Positions 1 to 9,365 of a stretch of DNA of 32,000 nucleotides are shown piece after piece (the stretch's first letter is position 1; each line of letters opens with the position of its first letter). The notes under the pieces are model-generated. The model searched no databases. It was not told where the DNA came from and saw nothing but the letters and a program-made list of their open reading frames with translations. The position numbers and the translations under genes are program-made. Source of the stretch: Candidatus Nitrosocosmicus sp. FF01 (GTDB lineage: Archaea > Thermoproteota > Nitrososphaeria > Nitrososphaerales > Nitrososphaeraceae); the NCBI RefSeq assembly GCF_047711275.1, contig NZ_JBLNIG010000002.1, positions 515,929 through 547,928 on the forward strand, written 5' to 3'.

Positions 1-70
1 TTCTTTGCAAAGATGATTTCAAACTAAAAATATTTCCAGCACCATAATCAAATATTGATATTTTTACCAT
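1..70 (-). CDS. hisH: Imidazole glycerol phosphate synthase glutamine amidotransferase subunit HisH, N-terminal 23 codons only (gene runs off the left edge)
   Basis: The minus-strand ATG at 70..68 reads MVKISIFDYGAGNIFSLKSSLQR. This matches the conserved HisH N-terminus (I-x-I-x-DYG-x-GN-x-x-S). It starts 3 nt after the hisB stop. It is absent from the ORF track because it is truncated. Confidence 0.65.
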   Translation of the reverse strand, partial: MVKISIFDYGAGNIFSLKSSLQR

Positions 71-73
71 TAA

Positions 74-679
74 TTACATCAATCCTTTAGTAGTAGGAAG
101 TTCTCCCCCTCCGTTGTCTGGATCTATTTTTATTGCACTTCTCAATGCAACCGCGGTAGCTTTTATAGCGGATTCGATTTTGTGATGATCATTTGCGCCA
201 TAATGTACAGTTATATGCATGCAGCACTCCAAATTCCCTATAAATGATTGAAAAAAATGGATGATATCCTCTTGTGAGATGTCCTCTATCTTTTCTCTAT
301 CTAGTTTCAAGTCAAGATGACTGTATTGTCTCTTTATCAAATCTATTGAAACGCTTGAAACTGCTTCATCCATGGGAATTGTAGCATTTCCAAAACGGTT
401 TATCTTTTCTCTTTTGCCGAGGGCCTTATCAACTGCTTGACCCAGTACAATTCCAATGTCTTCTATCAGGTGATGTTTAATACCGTCCTCGCTCTTAGCG
501 TTTAATTGAATGTCAATTTTGCTGTGTTTTGAAAATGAAATTATTATGTGATCCAAGAAGTCAATTCCGGTATTTATTTTTGAAATTCCCTTTCCGTCTA
601 AATCAATCTTAGCCACGATGCTTACTTCTTTTGTCTTTCTTTCTATCTCGCTCGTGCGCTGAGGATCCTCTACAATCAC
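74..679 (-). CDS. hisB: Imidazoleglycerol-phosphate dehydratase
   Basis: 201 aa. Recognisable IGPD motifs: RKTKE near the N-terminus, GIDFLDH, KHHLIEDIGIVLGQA, PMDEA, and DHHKIESAIKATAVALR with TTKG at the C-terminus. The frame forces a GTG start at 679. The upstream HAD gene ends 9 nt away. Confidence 0.9.
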   Translation of the reverse strand: MIVEDPQRTSEIERKTKEVSIVAKIDLDGKGISKINTGIDFLDHIIISFSKHSKIDIQLNAKSEDGIKHHLIEDIGIVLGQAVDKALGKREKINRFGNATIPMDEAVSSVSIDLIKRQYSHLDLKLDREKIEDISQEDIIHFFQSFIGNLECCMHITVHYGANDHHKIESAIKATAVALRSAIKIDPDNGGGELPTTKGLM

Positions 680-688
680 TATTTGAAT

Positions 689-1756
689 TTAATTTTTTGT
701 AATATTTAATATATTTGGTAAATCATTAACATTTTCTATAATTAAATCAGCATTTTTTGACCTTAGTATTTCCTCTTTGATTTTAGACAAGTTGTTTTCA
801 CAAGCCTCGTGGGTGGCAGTGGTGGTGTTGTTGTCATCATGCTCGCTCTCACTACTAATATTTCTGTCAACTCCTTCCCCATATACTCCACAGAAGAATA
901 CCTTGCTCTTTTTGTTTACTTGACCATTAAAATTTTCAACCATCAAGAGATCTGCGATAGAGTCACCGACATATAAGGCACTTTTTAATCCTAAATTATC
1001 CAATACCCTGTGGAGAGAATATGCATTTGGTTTAGAAAATTCTCTTTTTTCGTCTTCCAAAAATATACAGGCGTTGTCTTTGAAATATTTCATGAAATTG
1101 CCTAAAGTAAAATAAGAGGCAACTTTGCTTCGACCAGAAATTAGGCCTAAATTTCCATTGAATCTTTGTGAAAGCTTTTTGATCGTCTCCTCTTTAATTA
1201 TGAGTATATCGTTGCTAATCAGTGGTTTTTCAAAATAATATCTTGATTCCCTATCGAATCGCTTCTTAAAGAGAACTGGACCATAAAATATTTCATTAAA
1301 GAGTGTTGAGATCACGTTTTCATCATTACCATCATCATCATTTTTTGCTGCTGCATGGCCTGGATAGCTTAATTCGTTTATTATAGTTCGTATGTCACCC
1401 ATACTCTCCAATTCTTTTTCTACCGAATCCTTGCCTTTGTCATCGAGTTTTTCTACCACTTTGTCAAAAGTTACTAGAGTTTTTTCTATATTCATTTTAT
1501 TTATCAGAATACAGTGTAATATGATTAAGATAATCGCATACGCAGTATCAATGTCGTTATTAAAACCACCTGTATTTCGAAGTTTTGAGATTAATTTCTC
1601 AAATGGAAATTCGTTTGAAATTTTGATGTCGTAACTATCTTTTAGAATTAGTTGAACTGTTTTTATTATGGCCTCGTTATAAGATCTCCTAACATCCACC
1701 AATACGCCATCTATATCAAAGATAATAGCTTCACACTCATCTATACCATTGGACAA
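689..1756 (-). CDS. HAD-superfamily (subfamily IA-like) hydrolase with a large cap insertion; candidate phosphatase of the his operon
   Basis: 355 aa. Canonical HAD motif I (FDIDGVLVDV), motif II region (LISGRS) and motif IV (VGDSIADL). Forced TTG start at 1756. Same direction as hisB and 9 nt upstream of it. Confidence 0.75.
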   Translation of the reverse strand: MSNGIDECEAIIFDIDGVLVDVRRSYNEAIIKTVQLILKDSYDIKISNEFPFEKLISKLRNTGGFNNDIDTAYAIILIILHCILINKMNIEKTLVTFDKVVEKLDDKGKDSVEKELESMGDIRTIINELSYPGHAAAKNDDDGNDENVISTLFNEIFYGPVLFKKRFDRESRYYFEKPLISNDILIIKEETIKKLSQRFNGNLGLISGRSKVASYFTLGNFMKYFKDNACIFLEDEKREFSKPNAYSLHRVLDNLGLKSALYVGDSIADLLMVENFNGQVNKKSKVFFCGVYGEGVDRNISSESEHDDNNTTTATHEACENNLSKIKEEILRSKNADLIIENVNDLPNILNITKN

Positions 1757-1895
1757 GTTTTAAATCTAAATGAAATTTAATTATTAATAACTGTATGAAT
1801 TAGATATATAGAGGTAGCAATTACGATCAGTATAGTATATTAATATAGTATAATCAACGATATAAGTTATATATTACAATCTTCTATAATATTAT

Positions 1896-2162
1896 GTGAA
1901 ATATCGGAATAGGACCGAAATAATTTCTAATATTCTAAATGCCGCCAATGGGGGAATTTCTAAAACTAAAATCATGTACAAGGCATTTCTTTCTTATGCT
2001 CAAATCAAAGAATACTTGCCTATATTATTAGAGAATAACTTGTTAGAATTAGGTCCTGACGGTAAATACCGAACAACTGAAAAGGGTATTCGATTCTTAA
2101 AGATGAACGAGGAGATCCAAGAATTAATAGAATCAAAATCACTTCAAGATGATTTTACCTAA
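1896..2162 (+). CDS. Small archaeal winged-helix DNA-binding protein (HTH_45-like)
   Basis: 88 aa. The pattern RNRTEIISNILNAA..GISKTKIMYKAFLSYAQIKEYLPILLENNLLE....YRTTEKGIRFL is typical of small archaeal wHTH regulators. GTG start at 1896; the nearby ATG at 1894 is out of frame and runs straight into a stop. Confidence 0.6.
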   Translation: MKYRNRTEIISNILNAANGGISKTKIMYKAFLSYAQIKEYLPILLENNLLELGPDGKYRTTEKGIRFLKMNEEIQELIESKSLQDDFT

Positions 2163-2852
2163 CTGCATCTATATTTTGTGATTATTGCAGTCAAACCTGA
2201 AATTAATAATTAATTTCTTGTAGTAGTAACCACACGCTTTTGTGATCAATATAGTCAGACTAACCAATAGTTTGTTATGGTATTAATTATATGATGCTAT
2301 TATCAGAACTTCATCCAAGTACCATATTTCTGAATTTTGTCTTTACTGTTTGCATTCATCCGTCTATGCTTCAGGTGATTCGAAAGATAACTGTTGTTCA
2401 CTTAATATTATAACATCGCCAAAGCCATATAATTCTGCTATAAAGGTAGGGGAAAGGAAATAATCCTATATCGTTACAGGTATTTTCCTTCAAAAGTAGA
2501 GATAATACTGATACCTCTATAATGGGTTTAGATACTATAGAAAAGATCGGGTGCCATTTAATTTTCCTGATAATACAAGATTCATTTCTTTTTTTAACAA
2601 TTTGGGTGAGCTGTCAAAAGAAGTAATTGATAGTAGAATTCAGATGGTTATAATGTTAAACGCAAGGGCGTTGATACCTGCTATCGTCTCTCCTATGATG
2701 AGGTAATAAATTCAAATAAGGCTCCGCTTATGCTTTTGAAGCAATTGAGAAAATTCATAAATTCATATATTCAGGACCCTCTTCTTATTGTCTTTAGATA
2801 AGTTGAGATAACCTGGGACTAATTGCTTTTGCTCATTGCATCATATCTAACT

Positions 2853-2860
2853 ATATATTT
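2853..2860 (+). promoter_or_regulatory. TATA-box-like element upstream of gatD
   Basis: TATATATT lies 25 nt before the TTG start at 2886. That spacing fits an archaeal TATA box driving a leaderless or near-leaderless transcript. Confidence 0.35.
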
Positions 2861-2885
2861 TCTAACTTATTTCTTAATTCTATAA

Positions 2886-4382
2886 TTGACAGAAAAGATA
2901 ATTGACTCTTTAGATTCAAATGAGAATAAAAGGAAGAACAGTTATTGCAAAAATTCTCAGAAAATTTTAAACAAATTCAGGGTTGATATCGGTAATGAAG
3001 CAAAAATAGTTACCAAAACCCAAGAATTTTTTGGAATTATTTTGCCTCGATATGAAACTTTTAGTGATAAATACATCGTCTTAAAATTGAAGAGCGGTTA
3101 TAATATTGGTATTGAGGTTGACAATATTGTTGAAATAGTATCTCTAGAAAATAATCTTTCGTCTGCAAAATTTTCTTCAGTATTATCCACCAAAAGTTCA
3201 ACTTCACTCTCTGTGCCCTCCTCATCACCATCATCACGACTAGAATCAAGCTCAAGGTCTACACATAATAAACTAGGAGGAAGTTCGAACTCCTTGCCCA
3301 AAATATTACTAATTAGCACTGGTGGAACCATTGCAAGCAAAATTGATTATAGAACTGGAGGTGTAACATCACTTTTGAGTGCCTCAGAACTGTATTCTGT
3401 TTTTCCTGAACTCGCAGAATACAGTGTTATTCACCCTGAATTTTTATTTAATGAATATAGCGAAAATATAACACCCGAGCATTGGACGTTACTGGCAGAT
3501 AGAATATCACAAGCAGTTACTAAAGAACATTATGATGGTATTATTGTATCTCATGGCACTGATACAATGCATTACACTTCCTCTGCATTGAGTTTTGCTC
3601 TCAAAAATGTCCCAATACCCGTGATCTTGGTTGGCTCACAGCGCTCATCTGATAGGCCCTCTTCTGATGCATTTAGCAATTTAGTTGGTGCAATTCGATT
3701 TATAAAAGATGCAAAATATTCTGGAATATTCGTTTGTATGCATAGCAATACTTCAGACGATATAATTGCATGCCATATAGGAACTAGAGTAAGAAAAAAT
3801 CATACAAGCAAACGTGATGCATTTAGATCACTTGATTCTCTTCCATTCGCTTTTATTGAGAACTCAGGAACACAGTATAATAAAGTCTTGCACAATGAAA
3901 TAATAAATTACAAAGACACTTCAAAAGTTTTCGTATCAAAAACAGCATTTGACTCCAGAGTATTTCTTCTAAAATTCTATCCAGGTTTTAATCCATCATT
4001 TCTAGAAACTTTTTTGAATTTAGATTATAGAGTCATTATTATAGAGGGTACAGGACTAGGTCATATAAACAAAAAATGTTTTTCAATTATATCAAAACTT
4101 ATTGAATCAGGAATTTTTATTTTTATGACATCTCAGTGTATATTTGGTCGGGTACAGATGACTGTGTACGATACAGGACGAGATCTTTTAGCATTGGGCG
4201 TTATTTCACTTTCAAATATGAGCTCTGAAACCGCTGTTGCAAAAGCAATGTGGGCTTTGAGCAATAATTCTGGAAAAGAGGATTTCATCAAGATCATGAA
4301 ATCCGATTATGCAGAAGAATTTTCTGATATTTTGCCATTGATTTCTTCCACACAAGAGAGAGGAGAAAAGAAGAGGGAGTAG
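2886..4382 (+). CDS. gatD: Glutamyl-tRNA(Gln) amidotransferase subunit D
   Basis: 498 aa. N-terminal GatD-specific domain (LKLKSGYNIGIEV) followed by an asparaginase-type domain (ISTGGTIAS, HGTDTM, GSQRSSDRPSSDA). gatE follows immediately. Forced TTG start. Confidence 0.9.
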   Translation: MTEKIIDSLDSNENKRKNSYCKNSQKILNKFRVDIGNEAKIVTKTQEFFGIILPRYETFSDKYIVLKLKSGYNIGIEVDNIVEIVSLENNLSSAKFSSVLSTKSSTSLSVPSSSPSSRLESSSRSTHNKLGGSSNSLPKILLISTGGTIASKIDYRTGGVTSLLSASELYSVFPELAEYSVIHPEFLFNEYSENITPEHWTLLADRISQAVTKEHYDGIIVSHGTDTMHYTSSALSFALKNVPIPVILVGSQRSSDRPSSDAFSNLVGAIRFIKDAKYSGIFVCMHSNTSDDIIACHIGTRVRKNHTSKRDAFRSLDSLPFAFIENSGTQYNKVLHNEIINYKDTSKVFVSKTAFDSRVFLLKFYPGFNPSFLETFLNLDYRVIIIEGTGLGHINKKCFSIISKLIESGIFIFMTSQCIFGRVQMTVYDTGRDLLALGVISLSNMSSETAVAKAMWALSNNSGKEDFIKIMKSDYAEEFSDILPLISSTQERGEKKRE

Positions 4383-4440
4383 ATGATGGAAAAGCAGAAG
4401 GAAAAGAAGGAGTAGGAGAAGGAGGCTTAGAACAAGTAAG

Positions 4441-6399
4441 ATGAGTTTAAATCTTGACAAGTTGAATGTTAAAGTTGGATTTGAAATACATCAGCAACTA
4501 AATACATCGACTAAATTATTTTGTGACTGTAGTGGCAAGGGGTCAGACGACGAATATGATTTCGACTTTATTCGTGTCCTAAGACCCACTAAAAGTGAAT
4601 TGGGAGATTTTGATAGGGCCGCTTTATTTGAACATGCCAAAATGAGCTCCATCAAATATTATTCTAAAATTGGGTACAGTTGCTTGGTGGAAGCTGATGA
4701 AGAACCTCCACATAATGTAAACTATGATGCACTTGAAACGGCATTACTGTTTTCCCTCGCCTTAAAATCTAATATTGTTGATGAAATTCACGTCATGAGA
4801 AAGTTAGTCATCGACGGATCGAATGTCAGTGGATTTCAAAGGACCATGCTGGTATCTACGGGTGGTTATTTGGAAGTAGAAAATTTTCAAAAAGTGGGTG
4901 TTCAGGGTATTTGCTTGGAGGAAGATGCAGCAAAATTAATTTCAACAACAAATCCGAAATTTAAGGAATACGGGTTAGATAGATTGGGAATTCCACTGGT
5001 AGAAATTGCACTTGAACCAGTTTCTGGGACTCCTGAAGATATTGTAAATGTGGCGCTGACTCTGGGTCGACTACTTCGAAGTAGTAAAAGAGTAACAAGA
5101 GGGATCGGAAGTATAAGACAAGACGTGAATATTTCAGTCAATGGAGGTCAAGTTGTAGAGGTTAAAGGAGTACAGCAACTCTCTCAACTTGTTAAGGTAT
5201 TGGACTATGAAATAAAAAGACAGTACGGCATGATTAAGATCGCAGAGGAATTTAGTAATAGAAATATTGAAGATTCATTCATTGGAGATAAGGTTATAGA
5301 TGTTACCTCTATTTTCATGAATTCTTCATCAAACGTCATAAAAAAAATCCTAAAAACTTCTGATCCCGTTATCAAGTGTATTCGTTTAAGAAAGTTAAGA
5401 GGACTTGTTGGTTATGAACCTGTCAAGGACGTTAGAATTGGCAAGGAGTTGGGTGAATTTGTTAGATTTTTTGGATTAGGTGGACTTTTTCATTCAGATG
5501 AGTTACCCCATTATGGAATCACAGCTTACGAGATCGAAAAAATTGAGAAATCTCTTGATATTCCTGTAGATAGTGACTTTGCCTTCATCATTATTGGAGG
5601 TAACAGAAACAGAATAGATAATTTGATTGATCCACTGATTAAACGGATAATCCAGTTTAAACTCGGTGTGATCGCCGAGACACGTGCCGTTACCTTAGAC
5701 GGAACTACAATTTTTTCACGCCCCAGACCTGGTTCATCCCGTATGTATCCTGAAACAGATATCATGCCTATTCCAATCGAGCCAGAGTTGATTGAAAGAT
5801 TAAAGGACAAAATACCGTTACCATGGAATGAATTGATTAAGCGAATTATGAAAAAATACGAATTAAATAAGAAATTGTCTGAACAAATATTTGATTCTGA
5901 CTATTACGATTTGTTTGAAACTATAGTTAGAACTAAATCTTCTACTGCCTCTCCCACCTCTCGCTCTGCCATTACTCCTACATTTGTTGCGTCAAAACTT
6001 ACTGAGGATATTGTAAGTCTTGCAAGAAATAATCTTGATAAAAGCCTCCTGACCGACGAAATGATTCTGGAGATTTTTGATAGACTCGAAAAGGGGCTTA
6101 TTGCAAAAGAGTCGGTAATCTTAATTTTTGAAAAACTAATGAAAGGAGAAAGCGTATCAGTACAAAAAGCAATAAATTCTCTCAATTTGATCCAAATGAA
6201 TGATACGGAACTATATTCACTTTTGGATAAACTATTTAATGATAATATCAATATCATAAAAGAAAAAGGTTCTAATTCTATGGGAGTACTTATGGGCAAA
6301 AGTATGGCAATATTAAGGGGTAAAGTAGATGGAAGTAAGATTAATGATTATTTAAAGACAAAATTAGAAACTTTTCTGAAAGATGAAACATCGAAGTAG
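4441..6399 (+). CDS. gatE: Glutamyl-tRNA(Gln) amidotransferase subunit E
   Basis: 652 aa. GatB/GatE N-terminal signature (VGFEIHQQLNT.KLFCDC, CLVEADEEPPH, GFQRTMLV, CLEEDAA, IRQDVNIS) and a GatE-type C-terminal domain. Paired with gatD. Confidence 0.9.
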   Translation: MSLNLDKLNVKVGFEIHQQLNTSTKLFCDCSGKGSDDEYDFDFIRVLRPTKSELGDFDRAALFEHAKMSSIKYYSKIGYSCLVEADEEPPHNVNYDALETALLFSLALKSNIVDEIHVMRKLVIDGSNVSGFQRTMLVSTGGYLEVENFQKVGVQGICLEEDAAKLISTTNPKFKEYGLDRLGIPLVEIALEPVSGTPEDIVNVALTLGRLLRSSKRVTRGIGSIRQDVNISVNGGQVVEVKGVQQLSQLVKVLDYEIKRQYGMIKIAEEFSNRNIEDSFIGDKVIDVTSIFMNSSSNVIKKILKTSDPVIKCIRLRKLRGLVGYEPVKDVRIGKELGEFVRFFGLGGLFHSDELPHYGITAYEIEKIEKSLDIPVDSDFAFIIIGGNRNRIDNLIDPLIKRIIQFKLGVIAETRAVTLDGTTIFSRPRPGSSRMYPETDIMPIPIEPELIERLKDKIPLPWNELIKRIMKKYELNKKLSEQIFDSDYYDLFETIVRTKSSTASPTSRSAITPTFVASKLTEDIVSLARNNLDKSLLTDEMILEIFDRLEKGLIAKESVILIFEKLMKGESVSVQKAINSLNLIQMNDTELYSLLDKLFNDNINIIKEKGSNSMGVLMGKSMAILRGKVDGSKINDYLKTKLETFLKDETSK

Positions 6400-6400
6400 T

Positions 6401-6739
6401 ATGACTCGCCTACCAAAATCAATTAAAAGCCACTACATCGATTCATTTGAGACAAACTTGGAAAACTTGAGAACCTTTTTGCATCGTCGTAAAATTCCGA
6501 GGTACGAATCCGATGAAGTATGTTCGTTGATTTCCATGATTTATAATCAAAAAGTGGATTACATTTTGGCAACTTGTGAAGATGACTGGAGCAAATTAGA
6601 ACCTTTCTCTTCTCCATTGATCATTTTTGTCCAATGTATGGGAGAACTGCTTGCTGATCAGGATCATCATAATATTTCATCAGAATGCCGACTTATTTTA
6701 AATTCATATACAAAAACATTAGAATCTTGGATGATTTAG
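6401..6739 (+). CDS. Hypothetical protein
   Basis: The ORF track opens at 6383, inside gatE. The ATG at 6401, 1 nt after the gatE stop, is the more parsimonious start (112 aa, MTRLPKS...). I recognise no motif. Confidence 0.4.
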   Translation: MTRLPKSIKSHYIDSFETNLENLRTFLHRRKIPRYESDEVCSLISMIYNQKVDYILATCEDDWSKLEPFSSPLIIFVQCMGELLADQDHHNISSECRLILNSYTKTLESWMI

Positions 6740-6789
6740 TGATTAATATTCTTGTTTATAATTATTAATGTAATTGATTAAAAAAATAT

Positions 6790-7458
<669 letters not shown>

Positions 7459-7500
7459 TCATTGTTGTTAGACAATAGTGAGGTAATTTCTAATACCTCA

Positions 7501-8823
7501 TCAGGTATTTACCAGTTGAATATATTGATAAGCTGACGTTTTGTCATCAAATGCATAATGTACTTTTTGAAAGTTCTTTCTGAATTCTATTACATTTGTC
7601 CGAACCTTGGAGATGTCTTGCTTATCGATAACAACTTTTTTGATAAACGTCGCTATTTCTTGCATTTCATTTTCTTTCATTCCTAGTCGGGTTACCTCTG
7701 GAACTCCAATCCGTACCCCACTAGGATGAAAATAATTTCTACCCCCTTTAATATCGCCAGGAAGCAATTGTCTGTTTAAGATTATGTTGCATCTTTCTAA
7801 GTCTTTTTCAATATTTCCACCATCCCCATAATTTGAGACATCTACAGCCAGCTGATGCGATTCAGTGTATCCTCTCTTTTCTCCTAATACCTTAAATCCA
7901 TGATTTGCAAGCGAATAGGCAAGCATCTTTGCATTTTTAATTACTTGTTTGGCATACTCCTCACCAAATTCTAGAGATTCCGCTAATGCAACGGCCTTGC
8001 CCGCGACGTGATGCAAGTGATGACTGCTTGTATTTCCTGGAAAAATCGCTTTTTTAATTGGCTCTGCATACTTTTCCGCAGAAACTATTATTCCTCCTTG
8101 AGGGCCCCATAATGTTTTATGCGAACTCATTGTCATAGAATCTGCACCCTCTCGTAAAGGATCCTGAAACTGTCCACCTGCGATCAAACCTGCAACGTGT
8201 GCACCATCATAATTTATGTAAATATTTTTATCATGAAGAAATTCTGATAATTCTTTAACGGGATGTGGAAATAAAAAGAGACTTCCGCCAAACATGGCTA
8301 TTTTTGGAGGCCTCCCATCATCGATTAAATTGCTTATTTTCTTCTTAGTTTCTTCTACATCTATAGTCATATTTTCTTTGGAAAATGGAAAGTGTTCTAT
8401 TACCAAACCGTGTACCAACCCTGCAGTCCCATAGTGTTCCCTTTTACCGTGCGAAATATGTCCTCCTGTAGGAATTGAGGAGGCTATCATGGTATCTCCT
8501 GGATTTGAAAAAGCTGAATAAATTGCTAAATTTGCAACAACACCTGATGTAGCCCTGCAGTCTGCGAATTCGGCCTTAAAAACCGACCTTGCCAAATCAT
8601 TGCAAATATTTTCAACTTTGTCTATGTAGGTGCATCCAGCATAAACTCTCTCTCCAGGCCAGCCTTCTGCGTATCTATTTCCAAAATCTGAAGCCACTGC
8701 TTCTCGGACGGCAGGACTAGGAATGTTTTCACTAGCTATAAGTGGGATTGAATTATTAAACCAGTCATGGTGTTCTTTAATCAACTTTAAAATGTCATTC
8801 TGTATTTCTTTTCCATTCAACAC
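7501..8823 (-). CDS. glyA: Serine hydroxymethyltransferase
   Basis: 440 aa. PLP-lysine region SSHKTLWGPQGG, plus IPLIASEN, YAEGWPG and other SHMT blocks. Forced GTG start at 8823. Confidence 0.92.
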   Translation of the reverse strand: MLNGKEIQNDILKLIKEHHDWFNNSIPLIASENIPSPAVREAVASDFGNRYAEGWPGERVYAGCTYIDKVENICNDLARSVFKAEFADCRATSGVVANLAIYSAFSNPGDTMIASSIPTGGHISHGKREHYGTAGLVHGLVIEHFPFSKENMTIDVEETKKKISNLIDDGRPPKIAMFGGSLFLFPHPVKELSEFLHDKNIYINYDGAHVAGLIAGGQFQDPLREGADSMTMSSHKTLWGPQGGIIVSAEKYAEPIKKAIFPGNTSSHHLHHVAGKAVALAESLEFGEEYAKQVIKNAKMLAYSLANHGFKVLGEKRGYTESHQLAVDVSNYGDGGNIEKDLERCNIILNRQLLPGDIKGGRNYFHPSGVRIGVPEVTRLGMKENEMQEIATFIKKVVIDKQDISKVRTNVIEFRKNFQKVHYAFDDKTSAYQYIQLVNT

Positions 8824-8842
8824 CTTTTTTTGGAATAATTAC

Positions 8843-8852
8843 TTATATAAAA
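8843..8852 (-). promoter_or_regulatory. TATA-box-like element for glyA
   Basis: The minus strand reads TTTTATATAA, followed by about 19 nt and then the GTG start at 8823. This is leaderless-type spacing. Confidence 0.4.
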
Positions 8853-8914
8853 TATCGTAATCTTGATAAATAGTAATATTTTAGGTATAATTTTTTAGGT
8901 AATTATAACAATAA

Positions 8915-8922
8915 TTTTATAC
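8915..8922 (+). promoter_or_regulatory. TATA-box-like element for the small zinc-ribbon gene
   Basis: TTTTATAC lies 20 nt before the ATG at 8943. Confidence 0.4.
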
Positions 8923-8942
8923 TACATGTATTTTATCTACTC

Positions 8943-9107
8943 ATGCAGAAGGTTAATCAGATGGAAGGATATTGTGTAAAGTGTAAAGCAAAAAGAGAAA
9001 TGAAAGATGAAAAACAGGTAACAATGAAAAACGGAAGACCTGCCACCCAGGGTATATGTAGCGTATGTAATACGAAAATGTTCAAAATAGGAGGATCTAA
9101 AAAATAA
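8943..9107 (+). CDS. Small zinc-ribbon protein (DUF5679-like), 54 aa, or 48 aa if it starts at ATG 8961
   Basis: Hand translation: (MQKVNQ)MEGYCVKCKAKREMKDEKQVTMKNGRPATQGICSVCNTKMFKIGGSKK*. The CxxC...CxxC spacing and the YCVKCK...MKNGR...G.C..C.TKMF+I pattern match a widespread small protein family. It falls below the ORF-track size cutoff. The track instead lists two low-complexity minus-strand ORFs here. Confidence 0.65.
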   Translation: MQKVNQMEGYCVKCKAKREMKDEKQVTMKNGRPATQGICSVCNTKMFKIGGSKK

Positions 9108-9365
9108 TAAAAAATAATGAACATTTTGATAATTCCGATGATTAAAGTCGATATTTTTATTATTTTGAGCATATCTGAGTGTCTGCAAACTCCAACCTAG
9201 GCTAATTAATTCGTATCAATAATGATAATGCAATCACAGTACAGTCACTATATATACAGTTGTTAAAATTTTTATATTTGATAACTTTTATTTTTTGTAC
9301 AGTAATGATGACAACCTTCTAGCTCTGAACTGTTATATATTAATCAGTAATGCTTTATAGAATTC

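Noticed and set aside
4212-4460. Minus-strand 82-aa Leu-rich ORF spanning the gatD-gatE junction.
   Set aside because: It is the mirror image of the purine-rich (GAA/AAG) gatD tail and spacer, and it overlaps both real genes.
6383-6400. Tracked start of the 118-aa ORF inside gatE.
   Set aside because: The ATG at 6401 lies directly after the gatE stop and avoids the overlap. The evidence is weak either way, because the protein itself is uncharacterised.
8937-9188. Two minus-strand ORFs from the track (83 aa and 71 aa).
   Set aside because: They are Phe/Ile/Leu/Tyr-rich low-complexity translations with no motif. They lie antisense to a well-formed plus-strand zinc-ribbon gene that has its own TATA element, so they are most likely shadow ORFs of AT-rich DNA.
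9305-9328. Possible C/D-box sRNA: ATGATGA (C box) followed 13 nt later by CTGA (D'/D box), upstream of the dCMP deaminase gene.
   Set aside because: No second C'/D pair and no terminal stem within the expected 50-70 nt. Single box matches are expected by chance in AT-rich sequence.
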